Shown here: positions 1 through 15,122 of the stretch, piece after piece
How positions within the stretch are numbered: the stretch's first letter is position 1
Layout: each line of letters starts with the position of its first letter
DNA from: Eledone cirrhosa
Lineage: Eukaryota
Length of the DNA: 64,000 nt
Direction of reading: 5' to 3'
NCBI GenBank assembly: GCA_964016885.1
Contig: OZ024758.1
Coordinates: 21,700,001-21,764,000 of the forward strand
Made by a program: the position numbers and the translations under genes
Notes under the pieces: generated by a model
Databases searched by the model: none
Told to the model about the DNA's origin: nothing
Seen by the model: only the letters and a program-made list of their open reading frames with translations

Positions 1-50
1 ACACACCACATACATCTCTCTCTCTCTCTAATATATATATATATATATAT

Positions 51-300
51 AACGAAGAAGGTGTGGTTAGGAACCAGATTGACCGTAACGCACCAGAGTA
101 CTCAATATTTAGGGTAGTAGAGTGGGTAATAGGAAAAGGTTTAACCCCGACGGCAGAGCTCAAGCCGTTTCGACGGTTATTTCTGGACTAAATTAGAATT
201 TTTAACGTGGTAAATAAAAACCACGCTAAAAATTCTGATTTAGTCCAGAAATAGCCGTCGAAACGGCTTGAGCTCTGCCGTCGGGGTTAAACCTTTTCCT
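51..300 (-). mobile_element. (TA)n-embedded fold-back element, family F1 (half-hammerhead, PLE-pLTR-like)
   Basis: Near-perfect inverted arms 131-211/220-300, plus an ~80-nt extension on the left arm only. Flanked by (TA)n. Contains GAAA-cggcttgagctctgccg-TC. Confidence 0.8.
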
Positions 301-1060
<760 letters not shown>

Positions 1061-1332
1061 ACACACACATATGTATTTAAATATAAGTACATACATATAT
1101 GTATACATATATATAAATATATAGATGTACATAGATACATATATATGTATATATATGTATATACGTGTATATATAGATATACAAAGTGTTTGTGTGTGTA
1201 TGTGTGTATTTACATACGTTCTAGTATCTGTTTACCTTTTTCTATGGAAATTTATATTTATAACCAAAACTCTGTACTTTTGGATTCTCATTTTGAGTAA
1301 ACACTGAAGAGAAACATTCAAATATCCATATA

Positions 1333-1387
<55 letters not shown>

Positions 1388-1391
<4 letters not shown>

Positions 1392-1527
1392 TAGGGTGTG
1401 GTAAAGACCTGGTAGACTATAACCCACCAGAGTACACGATACTTGGTGTAGTAGAGTGGGTAATATGAAAAGATTCAGGACCCTGACGGCTGAGCTCCGG
1501 CCGTTTCGACAGCTAGATCCGAAGGGA

Positions 1528-1528
<1 letters not shown>
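1388..1528 (-). mobile_element. F1 element, single long arm (subfamily ggatctagctgtcgaaacggccggagctcagccgtc)
   Basis: Homologous to 51-190 and 57944-58080; (TA)n on both sides. Confidence 0.75.
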
Positions 1529-1589
<61 letters not shown>

Positions 1590-1590
<1 letters not shown>

Positions 1591-2265
1591 GGAGGTGAGT
1601 TTTATTGTAGTACAATAAAGCAATGCAGATATCGTATAAGAAGCACTCTACAGTTTGTAGGACTGGAGTATACATAATATATAAGAACTATGCAGAACAA
1701 CTGCTGTCGCGTATGGGACAAATACAGTTGACTGCCGAATCCATAGTAAGGATCAAACCGCCAGACTCTTTCAAAAACGAAAGAGAGGCGGTTTTCCTCT
1801 GTACGGTGGCTATGGTGAAAGAAGTTATATGGTGGACGAGGTTGAGAGGACTGAGGACAGATGCCTTTCTCTCCGGACAACAATTGATTCCATTCTTTAA
1901 GTATCACTTTAGAAGGAGAATCAGGGTGGAGAGAGAGGCACTGCACCCCAGTAAATTTACTGAAAGGTGGGTGAATGAAGCGAAAATGGCCCGAGTGATT
2001 GGGCCTTCTCTGTTTATAAGCCTGTAGGTTGAGGAAGAGAGCAAAAGGAAGAAAGGAGCACTTGCACAACACGCTCCTTGAGTTGAGGGTTGTTCTATCG
2101 ACGGGGTATTAAACAACCCATTTGTGGCGCCTCCCCCCTACTGGGGATTTCGATTGTTGAAATTGTTTGTTTTTATATTTTTTTACACGACTGTATGTAA
2201 AATCCCCGGCATGTCTTTGTATTGTCCCCTTTCTTGTTGCGCCCTTGTGGCTAATAAAGAAATCA
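1590..2265 (+). mobile_element. 5'-truncated L1/Tx1-clade LINE: ORF2 C-terminus and 3' UTR
   Basis: ORF 1623..2027 ends ...AMVKEVIWWTRLRG...FFKYHFRRRIRVERE...KFTERW, a pattern typical of Tx1/L1 ORF2 ends. AATAAA at ~2253. Confidence 0.65.
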
Positions 2266-2346
2266 ATATATAAGAACATATGTTGATATGTTGATTTAAA
2301 ACTGCACTATCCACAAGTGTTTTTTAACCTTCATATAATGTCTTCC

Positions 2347-2417
2347 TGTTTTATCTGATGAGAACACAAATATTATTGCATGATGATATTTGTTTTTGAA
2401 ATGCGCATAATAAAATA
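2347..2417 (+). ncRNA. Minimal type I hammerhead ribozyme motif
   Basis: ttttat-CTGATGA-[gaacacaaatattat...atgatatttgttttt]-GAAA-tgcgca-TA-ataaaa. Stems I and II pair; stem III is palindromic. Predicted cut after 2409. Confidence 0.75.
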
Positions 2418-2445
2418 CATGGAACTCTTTTAACCATCTTTTGTT

Positions 2446-2508
<63 letters not shown>

Positions 2509-2677
2509 TTATTACATAATTTATTGATATATACAGGACTAGATCTGTTTAATTCGTATGAAACCATCAGGAGTGTCCATAAAGCTGATCAGTTCTGGTT
2601 ATTTAGAGGTGTCTAATTTGAGTGCTAAATGTGATGAGGGGACCCTATGTAATGTTGCATATGTCTAGAAGATATAT

Positions 2678-2818
2678 ATCCCTTCGGATCTAGCTGGCGA
2701 AATGGCCGGAGCTCAGCCGTCAAGGTCCTGAATATTTTCATATTACCCTCCCTACTACCCCATGTATCGAGTACTCTGGTGGGTTATGGCCTACCTCGTT
2801 ATTATCACACCCTCTCTA
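2678..2818 (+). mobile_element. F1 element, single long arm, inverted relative to 1388-1528
   Basis: Reverse-complement homology to 1388-1528; followed by TA/(GT)n. Confidence 0.75.
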
Positions 2819-2907
<89 letters not shown>

Positions 2908-3371
2908 ATATGTCGCTGGCAGGAAAAAATACACGTCTTATTGCTTGTGTGCCCAGCAGTATATATATATATATACTGAGAAAGCGGATGAATGAGAAAG
3001 AAAGAAGAGGGAAAGAAAGAAAGGAAGGGGGGAAGAAAAATAGAAAGCTGGTGAGAGTTTATATAATTATATATAGGAAGGAACTCTAACGAAAGTGGAA
3101 ACACACTCTACTCTCATAGAGTAACGTATGTTAGCGATTTACTGTTTCTTTTCTACTATTAATCGCAGTCTGAGGATAACTAGCGTAAATTAGTGGAAGA
3201 TGGAATATTAAAAAAGTTACTTTATATCTCTCCAACAGAGATAAATCGTGCCTAGTGCATTAGCTTCTTCCACGTGACCTGTCAAAATGGTAGACTGCTT
3301 CTTCTATTCTCACTATATTTTTGTATGATTTCTATATTTGTTAAAATATATTAATATATTAGGTATGCATA

Positions 3372-3416
<45 letters not shown>

Positions 3417-3468
3417 TTGTCTACATATATATATTTAATGTAGTATACGCATACATATTTAATATTGT

Positions 3469-3526
<58 letters not shown>

Positions 3527-3661
3527 ATGTGTGTATAAATATATAATATTGTATACAAATATATCTTTAATATAGTATATATATATATAATATTGTATAC
3601 ATACATATATTTTAATATATTATATATATAATATTTTATACATATATATATTTTTAATATA

Positions 3662-3701
<40 letters not shown>

Positions 3702-3818
3702 TTATACCTATATATACTTTTCATATAGTATATATATATATATATATATAAAATATATATAGTATATATATATATATATAAAATATATATAGTATATATA
3801 TATATATATAAAATAAAA

Positions 3819-3864
<46 letters not shown>

Positions 3865-4046
3865 CACGCACACACATTTTATTTTTTGTAGTTTATTATA
3901 ATAGTGTCTGCAATGGAAATTATACTGCAACCTTTTAAATCATGTTTTATGGCTGTCATTATTGTATTTTAACTTAAGAGAAAAGCTTTAACAGTCTTGT
4001 AATAATTGGTTTAAACTCCGCCACCAAACGGTTCATATTTCAAACA

Positions 4047-4296
4047 CCATGTTTCCCTCTCATTCTTTCCTCTTCCTTCTCTTCTCTTTAATATTTGTTT
4101 GTCTTTTGCAATTATTTTGTTTATCATAACTGTTTGTTTTGGTATATCATCCTTCTTCTTTCTCCTTCATACTTTTTTCTCCTTCAGGGTTATTTCTGTT
4201 TTATTTCCATCATCCTTTCCTTCCTCTTTCATTTTCGCTTTCATTTTCATCTTGTGCTGCAATATTTCCTTTTACACATTCACACATAAATATATT

Positions 4297-4331
<35 letters not shown>

Positions 4332-4775
4332 GTATATATGTATATGTATATATACATACACATACATACTCAAGCAGACATAAATTATATATATATGTGT
4401 ATATAAACATATATAAATATATATATATATATATATTCAAATAATATAAATATATATGTACGTTTGTGTGCATATATATATATTCATACATGCGTATATT
4501 ATATATATGTACATACATATATATATATAGTATATATATATTATACATATATATACTATATATATACATATATATTATACATATATATACTATATATATA
4601 TATACATATATATACATATATATATATACATATATATACATATATATATATATATATACATATAGATATAGATATACATATAGATATAGATATATATATA
4701 TATATATATACTATATATATATATACATACATATAGATATAGATATATATATATATATATATACTATATATATAT

Positions 4776-4814
<39 letters not shown>

Positions 4815-5945
4815 CATATATATATATATATATACATATAAATACATACATATATATATATATACATATAAATACATACATATATATATATATACATACA
4901 TATATATATATATATACATACATATATATATATATATACATATAAATACATACATATATATACAGATATATATACATACATATACATATATATATACATA
5001 TAAATACATACATATATATACAGACATATACATATATATATACATATAAATACATACATATATATACAGACATATACATATATATATACATATAAATACA
5101 TACATATACATATATATATACATATAAATACATACATATATATACAGACATATACATATATATATATACATAGAAATACATGCATACATATATATATATA
5201 CATATAAATACATATAAATAAATAAATATATATATAAATATATATATATAATATATACATACATATATATTATATATACACACATATTTGTTTTTGCTGT
5301 TTAAAAATCGACGGATTTATTTCACTTTAGTTCTATAGTGATTTATTCCATCACCTCAAGAGAAGTAATAAAACGAAAGTTGTAACGCTAATTATCTTGC
5401 AGAGACTTTCATAGTTTGATTTATGTCAACTTCTATCTAGCGCTCGTCATGGTATTGCTTTTCACTTGAAATTCATACCACAAGCAAAACAAGAACGAAC
5501 CAATCACTTGTCACGTGGTAAGTTTGTGATTTTTTTTTTTGTTTTTTGAGGCGTGTTTTTGTTTGTTGTTGTTTTGGGGGATGGAGGAGGAGAGGGGGGA
5601 TTAATATAATCCATCCTCATTTAATTAATATTACCAATGTTGTTTTGCCGCAAACTGGTCCTTATGAGAATATTAAGTTACAATATTAGCAAATATTCTG
5701 TGATTATTTCCTCTGTGACCTTCCTTAAATAGCTGCCAACGTTTGTAAAACAAAAGGAAAAGTTTTGCATTTTTCCTGCCTAATATGAAGGAAATAAGTT
5801 TAGCGAGTGCCACCATGTTTCCCTTTCATTCCTTCCTCTTCCTTCTCTTCTCTTTAATATTTGTTTGTCTTTTGCAATTATTTTGTTTATCATTACGGTT
5901 TGTTTTGGTCTATCATCCTTCTTTTTCCTTCATACTTTTGTCCTT
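4047..5945 (+). repeat. Dispersed ~135-bp direct duplication (4047-4180 and 5811-5945) around a TA/CA tract
   Basis: caccatgtttccct...ctcttctctttaatatttgtttgtcttttgcaattattttgtttatcat occurs twice. Confidence 0.8.
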
Positions 5946-6079
5946 ACAGTTGTTTCAGAAAGAGTTTGCTGACTAGTTTATGTATCTCCTTTGCATGGTG
6001 ATGAATCCATTTATATCAGGGGGTTTTTTTTAATAAAAGCAAACATACAGCTATAAGAAAAGTACTGGTACAATAATAA

Positions 6080-6442
6080 TGTTTTCTACTGTTGGCACAA
6101 TGCGAGAAATACCCCAATGTATTACTGTTGCTTTATTTTATCGAGTCCGTAAGGATGAAAGGCAAAGTTAACCTCGACGGGATTTGAACTCAGAACGTTA
6201 AGGGTCATAACTCTATGCTGCAAAGTATTTGCCTGGCGCTCTACCGATACTGGCAGCATAATAATTGTTTCTCTTTTTATCACAAGGCCAGCAATTATCT
6301 CAGTGTATTACTGGTACTTTATTTTATCGAGACCGTGAGGATGAAAGACGAAGTTAACCTAGGCGAGCGAGATTTGAACTCAGAACGTAAAGGGCCGTAA
6401 CTATGCTGCAAAGCATGTCTGACTCTACCGATACTGGCAGCA
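6080..6442 (-). mobile_element. Two tandem tRNA-derived SINEs (octopus-type family S1)
   Basis: Reverse complement of the B-box gagttcaaatc and the body ttaactttgcctttcatccttacgg...gataaaataaagtaccagt. Confidence 0.85.
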
Positions 6443-7544
6443 TAATATAACAATGAGCCAATATCGAGGAGCTAATCAGAAAAATATTCAGATATCCAAA
6501 TGAAATTCCATAACTAAAGTGACCTCACCGTATATCCTTAGATGGTTAAACAAAACAATTATCTTCAGAGATAAACATTATATGACAATTCAATCATTAT
6601 ACAAAGGACTTATATAATGATTACATAGTATCAACAGAACAAGTTTTACTTAGCTAATTACAGCGGTGAAATAAAACCTGATTAATCCTCTTGATATAAA
6701 CAAACATGGATTAACACTAGAGGAGACTAAAGCACCAAAGTTTAGAACACTCGACATCTCACAATAGGTTCTTGGTAATAGAAGTATGCAACAATCTATT
6801 CTAAATCAAAAGACTATTATTAAAATTAACCAATACAACAGTAATATTCTTGACATGAATAAGAGCTCAAACAAAGATTAACTTTACTATAATAGCTACC
6901 AAACTCAGTACTATGCAATATTATTTTCGTTTTTGTTAGCTATTTTATTGGAGTGCATAAACGAATTATGAAATTGATTTTTTTTCATTCCAGCTGCTAC
7001 AGTTGTGTGTAAATTACGTTAGTTCCTTCCTTCATGACAACAAAAGTCTGAACGTGATGCAAAAATAATACAATAAGAAAATAATACAAAAAGCTAAGAG
7101 AAAATAAAACCAAAAAATAAAAGCTGGAAGCTGAAAAAAATAATCACTCATTTTGGCAATGTGGAAATCTGTCAACAAATATATGTTGGAATAAAAAATT
7201 AGATGCTGTATTATGACCGAAGTCTTATGAAAATTATTATAACACTTTCAATTATTAAATTTGTACATAAGCACTCAGGTTCATAATAGAGGTGTCTTCG
7301 TTGGTTATACGTGGAAGTATATCATTAACAATGTACAAGAAGTCAGACAAAAAATAGTCCATCCGTTGTCACATCTGAGAAAACTATAGAGTCCGTGTCT
7401 ATTCAAAATTAAGTAAAGTTTTCTTGGACAGGATGTTTGTGTACGATCGGAGGAATATTGATTTACTGCAAGAATAATATAACAAAGGTTGGGAGGAATA
7501 GAACATTGAAATAGAACATTGAAATAATGCCACAGTATGATATA

Positions 7545-7875
7545 ACTGTTTCTACTTTAGGCACAAGGCCAGCAATCACCCAGTGCATTACTGGTACTTT
7601 ATTTTATCGACCCCGTAAGGATGAAAGGCAAAGTCAACCTCGGCGGGATTTGAACTCAGATCGTAAAGAGTTCAAATCCCGCCGAGGTTGACTTTGATAT
7701 AACAATGACTTATAGCAACGTGATAGACGGTGAATTAGCCGAGTCGTTAAAACGTCAGATAGATTGCTTTGCAACTCTTTGCTTTCTTTCAGTTCAAATC
7801 CCACCGAGGTCAACTTTGCCTTTTTATCCTTTCTGAGTCGATAAAAAACTAACAGTCTAGTACTGGGGTTGATTC
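7545..7875. mobile_element. S1 SINE cluster (- copy, short inverted duplicate at 7669-7697, + copy)
   Basis: Same body motifs in both orientations. Confidence 0.85.
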
Positions 7876-8039
7876 TTCCTCTTTTATTTATCTCGTAGAG
7901 TTTACAAGATCAGATAATTTTAGTAAGAGGCATATAGTTTATCAATATGGCTTGTGACCTGGAGGATACAAGGAATACAAGATACTGATCCTCTATGATC
8001 CCGGGTAGATATATCCATCACAACCTACACTTAATACGA

Positions 8040-8320
8040 TTTCGTTTTGGCTGCCGGCCTCTGCTTCTCTTACCAGCCAACCTTCCTTCCAGGCATAACC
8101 TACTCACACCATGAGTTGATCATTTTATATGACCGTATAGTTTGACCGTATAGTTTGAGTACTCTTGACTTGAAAATTGATGTAATTGGTCTAAGTCTGC
8201 CAGTCATAAGTCTCATGATGTGGTTGGAATGTAGAGAGCTTCTGAAGTGATCTTGTCGTCCAATTAACCCAGTCAAGACCCTATAACACAACTGGTAGGA
8301 TGTAAGTATCAAATATCTTA
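8040..8320 (-). pseudogene. RTE-clade LINE ORF C-terminal remnant
   Basis: Minus strand reads ...SIFKSRVLKLYGQTIR... and LCLEGRLAGKRSRGRQPKR, matching the RTE RLK.YGH..R and EG...GKR.RGRP motifs. Confidence 0.65.
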
Positions 8321-9268
8321 GCATTAAAATGATAGAAAACAGTAGCCATCCATAAATAAAACACAACCCACACATCACATACTCTATGCAATTATCATCT
8401 GACACTAAAACATAACAGCAGTCACATATTTTATACGACACACTGTCACTACCCAATAAAGTAACACAACTTATATTATTCATAGTCAGCACAACAAATG
8501 AAGCACTTATCTAACACCAGAAACAAAAAGACAAATACTTAAACACAAAGAAAAATAAATATAATATAGAAACATAATTCTACATTGCCAAATGATAATG
8601 ATGCACAAGGCTGGACAGCTGGCGATGTTGTAGATATTTGCTAATAAATGTTGAAAACCTGATAATATATAATACGATACCAAATCTAAAATCACCAAGG
8701 CAACAAAAACGTTTCTCTTTTCTCTATATAAAGAAACTATATCAGGGGACTAACTACACTGAAGAAAAGTATTTAGATACGTACAAAACAAAAAAAAAGC
8801 AATCGCTAAAATAAAATAAAATAAAAGGCAATTCTGCATACTACAAATATTTCTCTTTCAGCAACAAATTGTAAGAGTCGTTAGTGAATGAGATTAAGTG
8901 CCTCACTATTTCTTCCATCTTTATTGTGCTCTGTGTTCAAATCCCGCGGAGATCAACATCGCTTTTCAGCCTTTCGGGATCGATAGATAATGTAGAAATT
9001 CAGAGGAGGGGTTGAAGAAAGCATCAACGAGTCAGATGGAGTGCTTTGGATTTAAGCAGGACATGGAGTGCCTCGCTATTTCTTCCATCTTTTTATATTC
9101 TGTGTTCAAATTCCGCCTAGATCAACATCACCTTTCATCCTTTCGGGGTCGATAGATAAAGTACAAATTTGGTGAAGGGGTTGACGGAATTATTAGAGTT
9201 AGGTGGATTACTTTGGATTTAATCAGGACATTGATTATTTATCAGAGATATTTTCCCCGTGTTATCTA

Positions 9269-9464
9269 CAGACCTGTCAACTCTCCCCGTCCGACGGGGT
9301 GATCTCCCACCCACTTTGGGGAGGGTGAGAAATGTCTTCTCTTGTGAAAATGAGTATAGTTTTCTTTATGTAAAATCTCCCCATTTTGCCTCATTTCTCC
9401 CTGTTATCGGGGCACTTTTTTTCATGGTAGACCCCGTTTGGGGTTTTAGAGGTTGGCAGGTCTA
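9269..9464. mobile_element. MITE with short TIRs (hAT-like)
   Basis: Ends agacctgtcaac / gttggcaggtct. ttatctac occurs near both flanks (possible TSD). Confidence 0.55.
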
Positions 9465-9479
9465 GTATTATCTACACTT

Positions 9480-10675
9480 GGAGCCTAGAATTATTAACCA
9501 TGACACAAGCTGTACCAATAATAAGCGAATGAAGTAAACATGCTAGGAGAGAATAGAAAACCATTCTGCAGATATGGATAACAGACGGAATTATAAAAAC
9601 CAATTCTATATCTATTAGGAGATAAATATTCCAAGAATCCCTAAGGAAATAATGGAAAATAATTATCCACAAACTTTGAACAACACACTATACTGTTACA
9701 TAGCACAGATTGAAGTAAGAGGCAAAAGGAAACGACAACAGATATTGTGAAATACTTACTTAAGTTAAAACTGAGACTACAGAATGTCATGCGAAAGCAG
9801 CCATAGGAAGAAAGACCCCCTATATATCCAATATCAAATAAATTTAATAGCATGGAAATAGAGCAAAAAGAACTGCAACAGTGGTTCAAAAGCGTTAGAT
9901 TCATAGCTGAGATTGAAGGATTATCGATTGCAATACAGGACCATCAACTACTCAACGAAAATATGGAAATGCATGTACTGGAGCATAACACGTATAACTG
10001 CAGAATATGTTGAGGTTTTGAAGAAACAATAAACGACATTCTTCTGGAATTACATTCCAACTTAGCCAAGAGAGATACATCTATCGTTATAACTTTGATA
10101 AGGATTTAGGGCTTTCATACACTCTAAGTTACGCCAGTATTCTGAAATGCTAACAAAAAAGTGGTGGTAAAAAAACATATTCCGGAAAGGGTCTCAGAAA
10201 ATAACAAACTAACCACACGCTGAGATACACCAATACACACATACCAGGAAATTAAAGCTAATCTCCCGGATATTGTTGCCAAAGGATATCAGAAAAGATT
10301 CTTCTAATAGTATTAATCCCAACAAAAATATCACTCCCAACAGATGCTAATGTATCTCTAAAAGAAATCGAGATCTATATATATATATATATATATATGG
10401 AAACGGAAAACCAAAATGATGTGAGTTAAAAAGAAAACAATCTCTATAAAATGGGTGCTTTGGGAATTATTTTAAAATAGCATATAGGCAAATATATGAC
10501 TAAAAACCCAAGAATTATAAATTTGGAAATCATACAGAAAATAAAACTTTTAGACACGGCATGTATATTCTATGGAGTATTCACAATAAAAATGTGAACA
10601 TATTATAAAAGCAAAATACTTCTCTTACACAAAGTGTTTTAGAACACTGTGTGGTGGTGCTGTGGGAGCAAGCAA
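9480..10675 (+). pseudogene. Decayed R4/Dong-clade LINE (zinc knuckle plus restriction-like endonuclease)
   Basis: Translates to WFKSVRFIAEIEGLSIAIQD...CRIC*GFEETINDI...LAK...HIPERVSENN...*DTPIHTYQEIKANLPDIVAK...PTDANVSLKEIE...MGALGII...IQKIKLLDTA, and ends at aataataa. The 5' boundary is approximate. Confidence 0.85.
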
Positions 10676-11180
10676 TAATAAATCTAATTGATATAAAATT
10701 CGGAAAAAATAAATAATTCACTTTATAGAATTTCCATTGTCAGGCGTCCAGGTTCACCCTCCCCTTGACGCAAAACTGCAACGCCCTCATAAACAAAAGC
10801 CTGCGAGGAAAATATGTCTCATAAAAGGTAACTTTACTAGCTCAGGGTAACTTACAGTAGCCTCCGTGAAGAGGCTGTTCTGTTCACAAAAAATACATTT
10901 TAATGTCTAGAATATGTTGTGAGAGCGAGCAATAATAAATTTATTTCATATAAAATTTTGAAAAAATAATTCACTTAACAGAAATTCTATTGTCAGGCGT
11001 CGAGGTTCACTCCCCCTCCCCCCTGCCCTCTTGACGCAAAACTGCAACGCCCTCATAAATAAAAAATCTGCTGGGAGAACATGTCTCATAAAATATAACT
11101 TTCCCAGCTCAGGGTAACTTACAGAAGTCTACGTGATGAGGCAGTTGAGTTGACAAAATAACATTTTGATGACTAGAATA
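10660..11180 (+). repeat. Diverged tandem duplication, ~260-bp unit x2
   Basis: ttgtcaggcgtc...ttgacgcaaaactgcaacgccctcataaa...agctcagggtaacttacag is repeated. Confidence 0.85.
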
Positions 11181-11849
11181 CGTTATGTTATTCGCCAAAA
11201 AGGAATGAAATAGCAGAAGCTCCAATCCCGTCAGACGGACAGTTTATGATCAATAAGATAATTGGTCGTTGAGTACCGGGATTGATTTAATCGATTGTCT
11301 CGTTCCTCAATGTATGTGGCCCTCGTGAAAATATCAAAGGTCATTAAAACGACCATCATCAATATTGGTAAACAAAAAGTCAACTTGTGTTGTTAACATC
11401 CCATCTGCTACACCAATTATTTAACTTATCTGAATGTCCATCAACACGAACTTCGTCAGCTGCTCCCGGCATCTTTAACTTTCAAAGTATTTCTGCTTTT
11501 ATCTACTTCTATTTTTCATATATTTATTATTTTAAATGTTGAGTTTACAATATTTTCATTATAGAAAGATAAGGTAATTTTATTATTGGAACAGTAATGC
11601 CAGAAGAAAATCAAAATTATTTTCTAAATGCAATTTACCAAATATAAGATGGCCGTAAAGAATGAATCATATTTTTTTTTTACCTTACAAATATCAGAAA
11701 ATATTAATTTTTCCAATAATCGTATCAAACAATATTCACCTGATATCGGTTTCAATATTTTGTTTTCATTTTTTAAGCAACTTTTCACAAAATATTATTT
11801 CCCTTTTATAACGTATGCTTAATATGTACATATTCGGCTCATAGAATAA

Positions 11850-12622
11850 TTGTTTCTATTTTTGGCACAAGGCCAGCAATTACCCCAGTGTATTACTGGT
11901 ACTTTATTTTATCGTCCCCGTAAGGATGAAAGACAAAGTTAACCTCGGCGTGATATGAGCTCAGATCGTAAAAGGCTGTAACTCTATACTGAAAAGCATG
12001 GCCTCCGATCCTCTACTGATACTGCCAATCCACCGATTCGGCTTATATAATAATTGTTTCTACTTTTTGGCACAAGGCCAGCAATTACCCAGTGTATTAC
12101 TGGTACTTTATTTTATCGATCCCGTAAGGATGAAAGGTAAAGTTAACCTCGACGGGATTTGAACTCATATCAAGGCCGTAACTCTATGCTACAAAGCATG
12201 GCGTCCGACCCTCTACTGATATTGCCAATCCAATAATGATGATTTCTTATAGAAACCAAAAGGTCTTCAGAGAAAAGAACCCCTACCCACTTCAAGTGTT
12301 TCAGCTCGTAAAAATTCTTTTGATTCTGTTGTATTTTGGGCTGTAACAATATTCGTGCCTATAATACTCTCCTTCGAAACCTCCTTCGTTGGGGGTCGAT
12401 TTAATCGACTCTCCCTTCCTCGAAATATAGTTTGTTGCTTTGTAACTAAATCAGAAACCATTGTTATTACAACTACTTCAGTTCAAATCCCGCCGAGGTA
12501 AGCTTTGCTTTTTATCCTTACAGGGTCGATAAAATAAATCACTAGTAATGCATTGGGGTCGATTTAATCGACTTACAGCTCCCCTTCAAATGTCTGGCCT
12601 TGTGCTTTTAGTAAAAACAATT
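11850..12622. mobile_element. S1 SINE cluster (two - copies, then + copies/fragments)
   Basis: SINE body motifs. Confidence 0.85.
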
Positions 12623-12900
12623 ATTATTATAATTAATACTAATACTACAAATACTAATATTACAGATACTACTAGGACTACTACTAAAGATATTACAAAT
12701 ACTACTATTGCTACTACTATTGACTGTTAATCTGTTCAGATGTATTTTCACATTGCTCTTCAAAGTGCCGGGTTTTATTAAGAACAGCTGCAATGTGATT
12801 TACTTTCACACTTATTATCTTCATATATACACACAAATATACACTCTTAAAACACTGATTACACATCAATCAGTCATCAACAATATGTTCACACACTATA

Positions 12901-12931
<31 letters not shown>

Positions 12932-13456
12932 TTTTTAATTAAAATAGATTAAAGTTTAAGCAAAGAATCGCTGCTTTCACCCTTAACGGTGAATAATAAA
13001 TATTTTAATAAATATTTGCTCTACGGTTCTTATATATTTGATATATATTTATCCTTATCGAGCCCTCTTTGGATTTTAGTCTTCAAATTTATTATTATTA
13101 CTATTATTAATATATATATGTATATATATATAAACAAATCGTAGAAAGGAAAAAGATTTTTTCAGTAGAAAATGTTGATCAGTTATTTTTAGTGAAATTT
13201 CAAAGCATTAATTTATTTACAATACCGGTTTCAACATTAAATGCATTGTCAATTGCGGATATTGTTAAGTTGCATATTTGTAGAAATAGTGAAAATAATG
13301 ATAACAAAAAAAAATATATAGAGAGGGGAAGAAAAGTTAATTTTCGCATACGTGATCCTTCAGAGAAGAAAGTAAATTTGTCTGCCCATCCTTCTCTGCT
13401 AATGGCTTTGATATATATATATCGATTCTTTGCTTAAACGTTAATCTGTTATTTTA

Positions 13457-13502
<46 letters not shown>

Positions 13503-13505
<3 letters not shown>

Positions 13506-13709
13506 AAAAAATATGACCCCGACGGCAGTGCTCAAGCCGTTTCGACGGCTATTTCTGGAAATATATATATAGTCCAGAAATAGCCGTCGAAAAGGCTTGA
13601 GCTCTGCCGTCGGGGTCATACTTTTTCCTATTTCCCACTCTACTACCCTAAGTATTGAATACTCTGGTGCGTTATCGTCCATCTGGTTCCTTACCACAAT
13701 TCCTTTGTT
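13503..13709 (+). mobile_element. F1 fold-back element
   Basis: Inverted arms around a short TA spacer; extension on the right arm; (TA)n flanks. Confidence 0.8.
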
Positions 13710-13809
13710 ATATATATATATACACTAAAAATGGCTTCTACACCCCCTCGTGCTTCATTTTAGTATTAAGATATACATAAAGTTTTTTTTAATAACACAA
13801 AACGTTTTA

Positions 13810-14010
13810 TATAAGTATGTATACGTACATACATATATGTATACAGACGCACAGTAGTATGTATATATATATACATACATGCGCACATATATATATATGT
13901 ATGTATGGATTCACCAAACATTTATTATAATGCTCGGTGTGTTTGCAAACAAACATCCCGTATAAAGCCGCAGTGTCTAGCAACCACCGTTGCTCGTTTG
14001 TTCAACACTA
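13810..14010 (-). mobile_element. Solo arm of the 45301-45843 hammerhead element (family F3)
   Basis: gtatggattcacc.aacatttattataatgctcggtg...gtgtctagcaacca..gttgctc matches 45301-45515. Confidence 0.8.
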
Positions 14011-14204
14011 CTAAATATTTAATTATTTTCTATATTTGCGTAATCTTATCCTAGGAATACCTTCAGTAGCACCTCTCTCCAGAAAATGTCAGAGATATTG
14101 GGTGAAAATATCTTTATAACATGTGCATGTATGTATATAATTCCTCACTCTTATCACAAACACACATAGAAGACGTAATGGAACTTACACTACACAAATT
14201 AAAA

Positions 14205-14246
<42 letters not shown>

Positions 14247-14377
14247 GAAGTTATATTTAATTTGAGATTCAACAAGCCTAAAAGTTTTATAACTGATATA
14301 AAGCACTCAACAGTTTACTGACTGAAGTAAATATTCAATATATTAATAAATGGAAACTATATTTATAAAACCATAAT

Positions 14378-14442
14378 TATTTTATTATATATATTTCAAG
14401 GGCAACCAAGGCAATTTTGGTGCGCTTTCATCAGATAAAATA
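14378..14442 (-). ncRNA. Minimal hammerhead motif, family F2 (element ~14245-14490)
   Basis: Minus strand: tattttat-CTGATGA-aagcgcaccaa..ttggttgccctt-GAAA-tatata-TA-ataaaata. Confidence 0.8.
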
Positions 14443-14654
14443 CAAAATATGTTTTATAAATGTTGACATACCCGTAGAAAAACAACGTTGACGGTTATAT
14501 ATATATATATATATAACCTTGACAGTTTATATGAAATGTTTATATGAAAAGCAATGTATTTAAGCAGACTCTAAAATATATTTTTACTTTTGCATTACAA
14601 CGTAATTCCTTTAAAAAAAAGATTAATAATATAAATCTTCGCAGGGTTAAAAGG

Positions 14655-14731
<77 letters not shown>

Positions 14732-15056
14732 CTCTCCGTCTCCTTAACACTATAACTAAATAACGACAGTACTCCCTCCTAAATCTCTCAATTTGTATGA
14801 TGAATTATTATTATTCATCTGTTGCCTCAGCTGCCTCTCTTTTTTCACCTCCTCACTATTTCTCTCTCCCCTATCTCTCTCTATTTCTCTCTGTTTTTCT
14901 TTACATACATTTCTTCTTTTTCTCCGTCTTTCTTTTTTTTAACTATGCTTAACACTAAATATTTATAAACATCTCACTACCAAACCAACTTCTTACATAA
15001 AAGTTGATCAATATTTATGGTACGTCAAAATTATTTATAAAACTGCTTATATATTG

Positions 15057-15122
15057 TATTTTATCTGAAGAAGGCATGCCATATTTTTAATATGGTATCC
15101 CTGAAATATATATAATGAAATA
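15057..15122 (+). ncRNA. Minimal hammerhead motif, family F2 (element ~15010-15253)
   Basis: tattttat-CTGAAGA-aggcatgccatatt..aatatggtatccct-GAAA-tatata-TA-atgaaata. Confidence 0.8.

Noticed and set aside
12240-12275. CTGAAGA...GAAA on the minus strand (similar partial cores at 1303, 3170 and 57262)
   Set aside because: Stem I and/or stem II cannot form.
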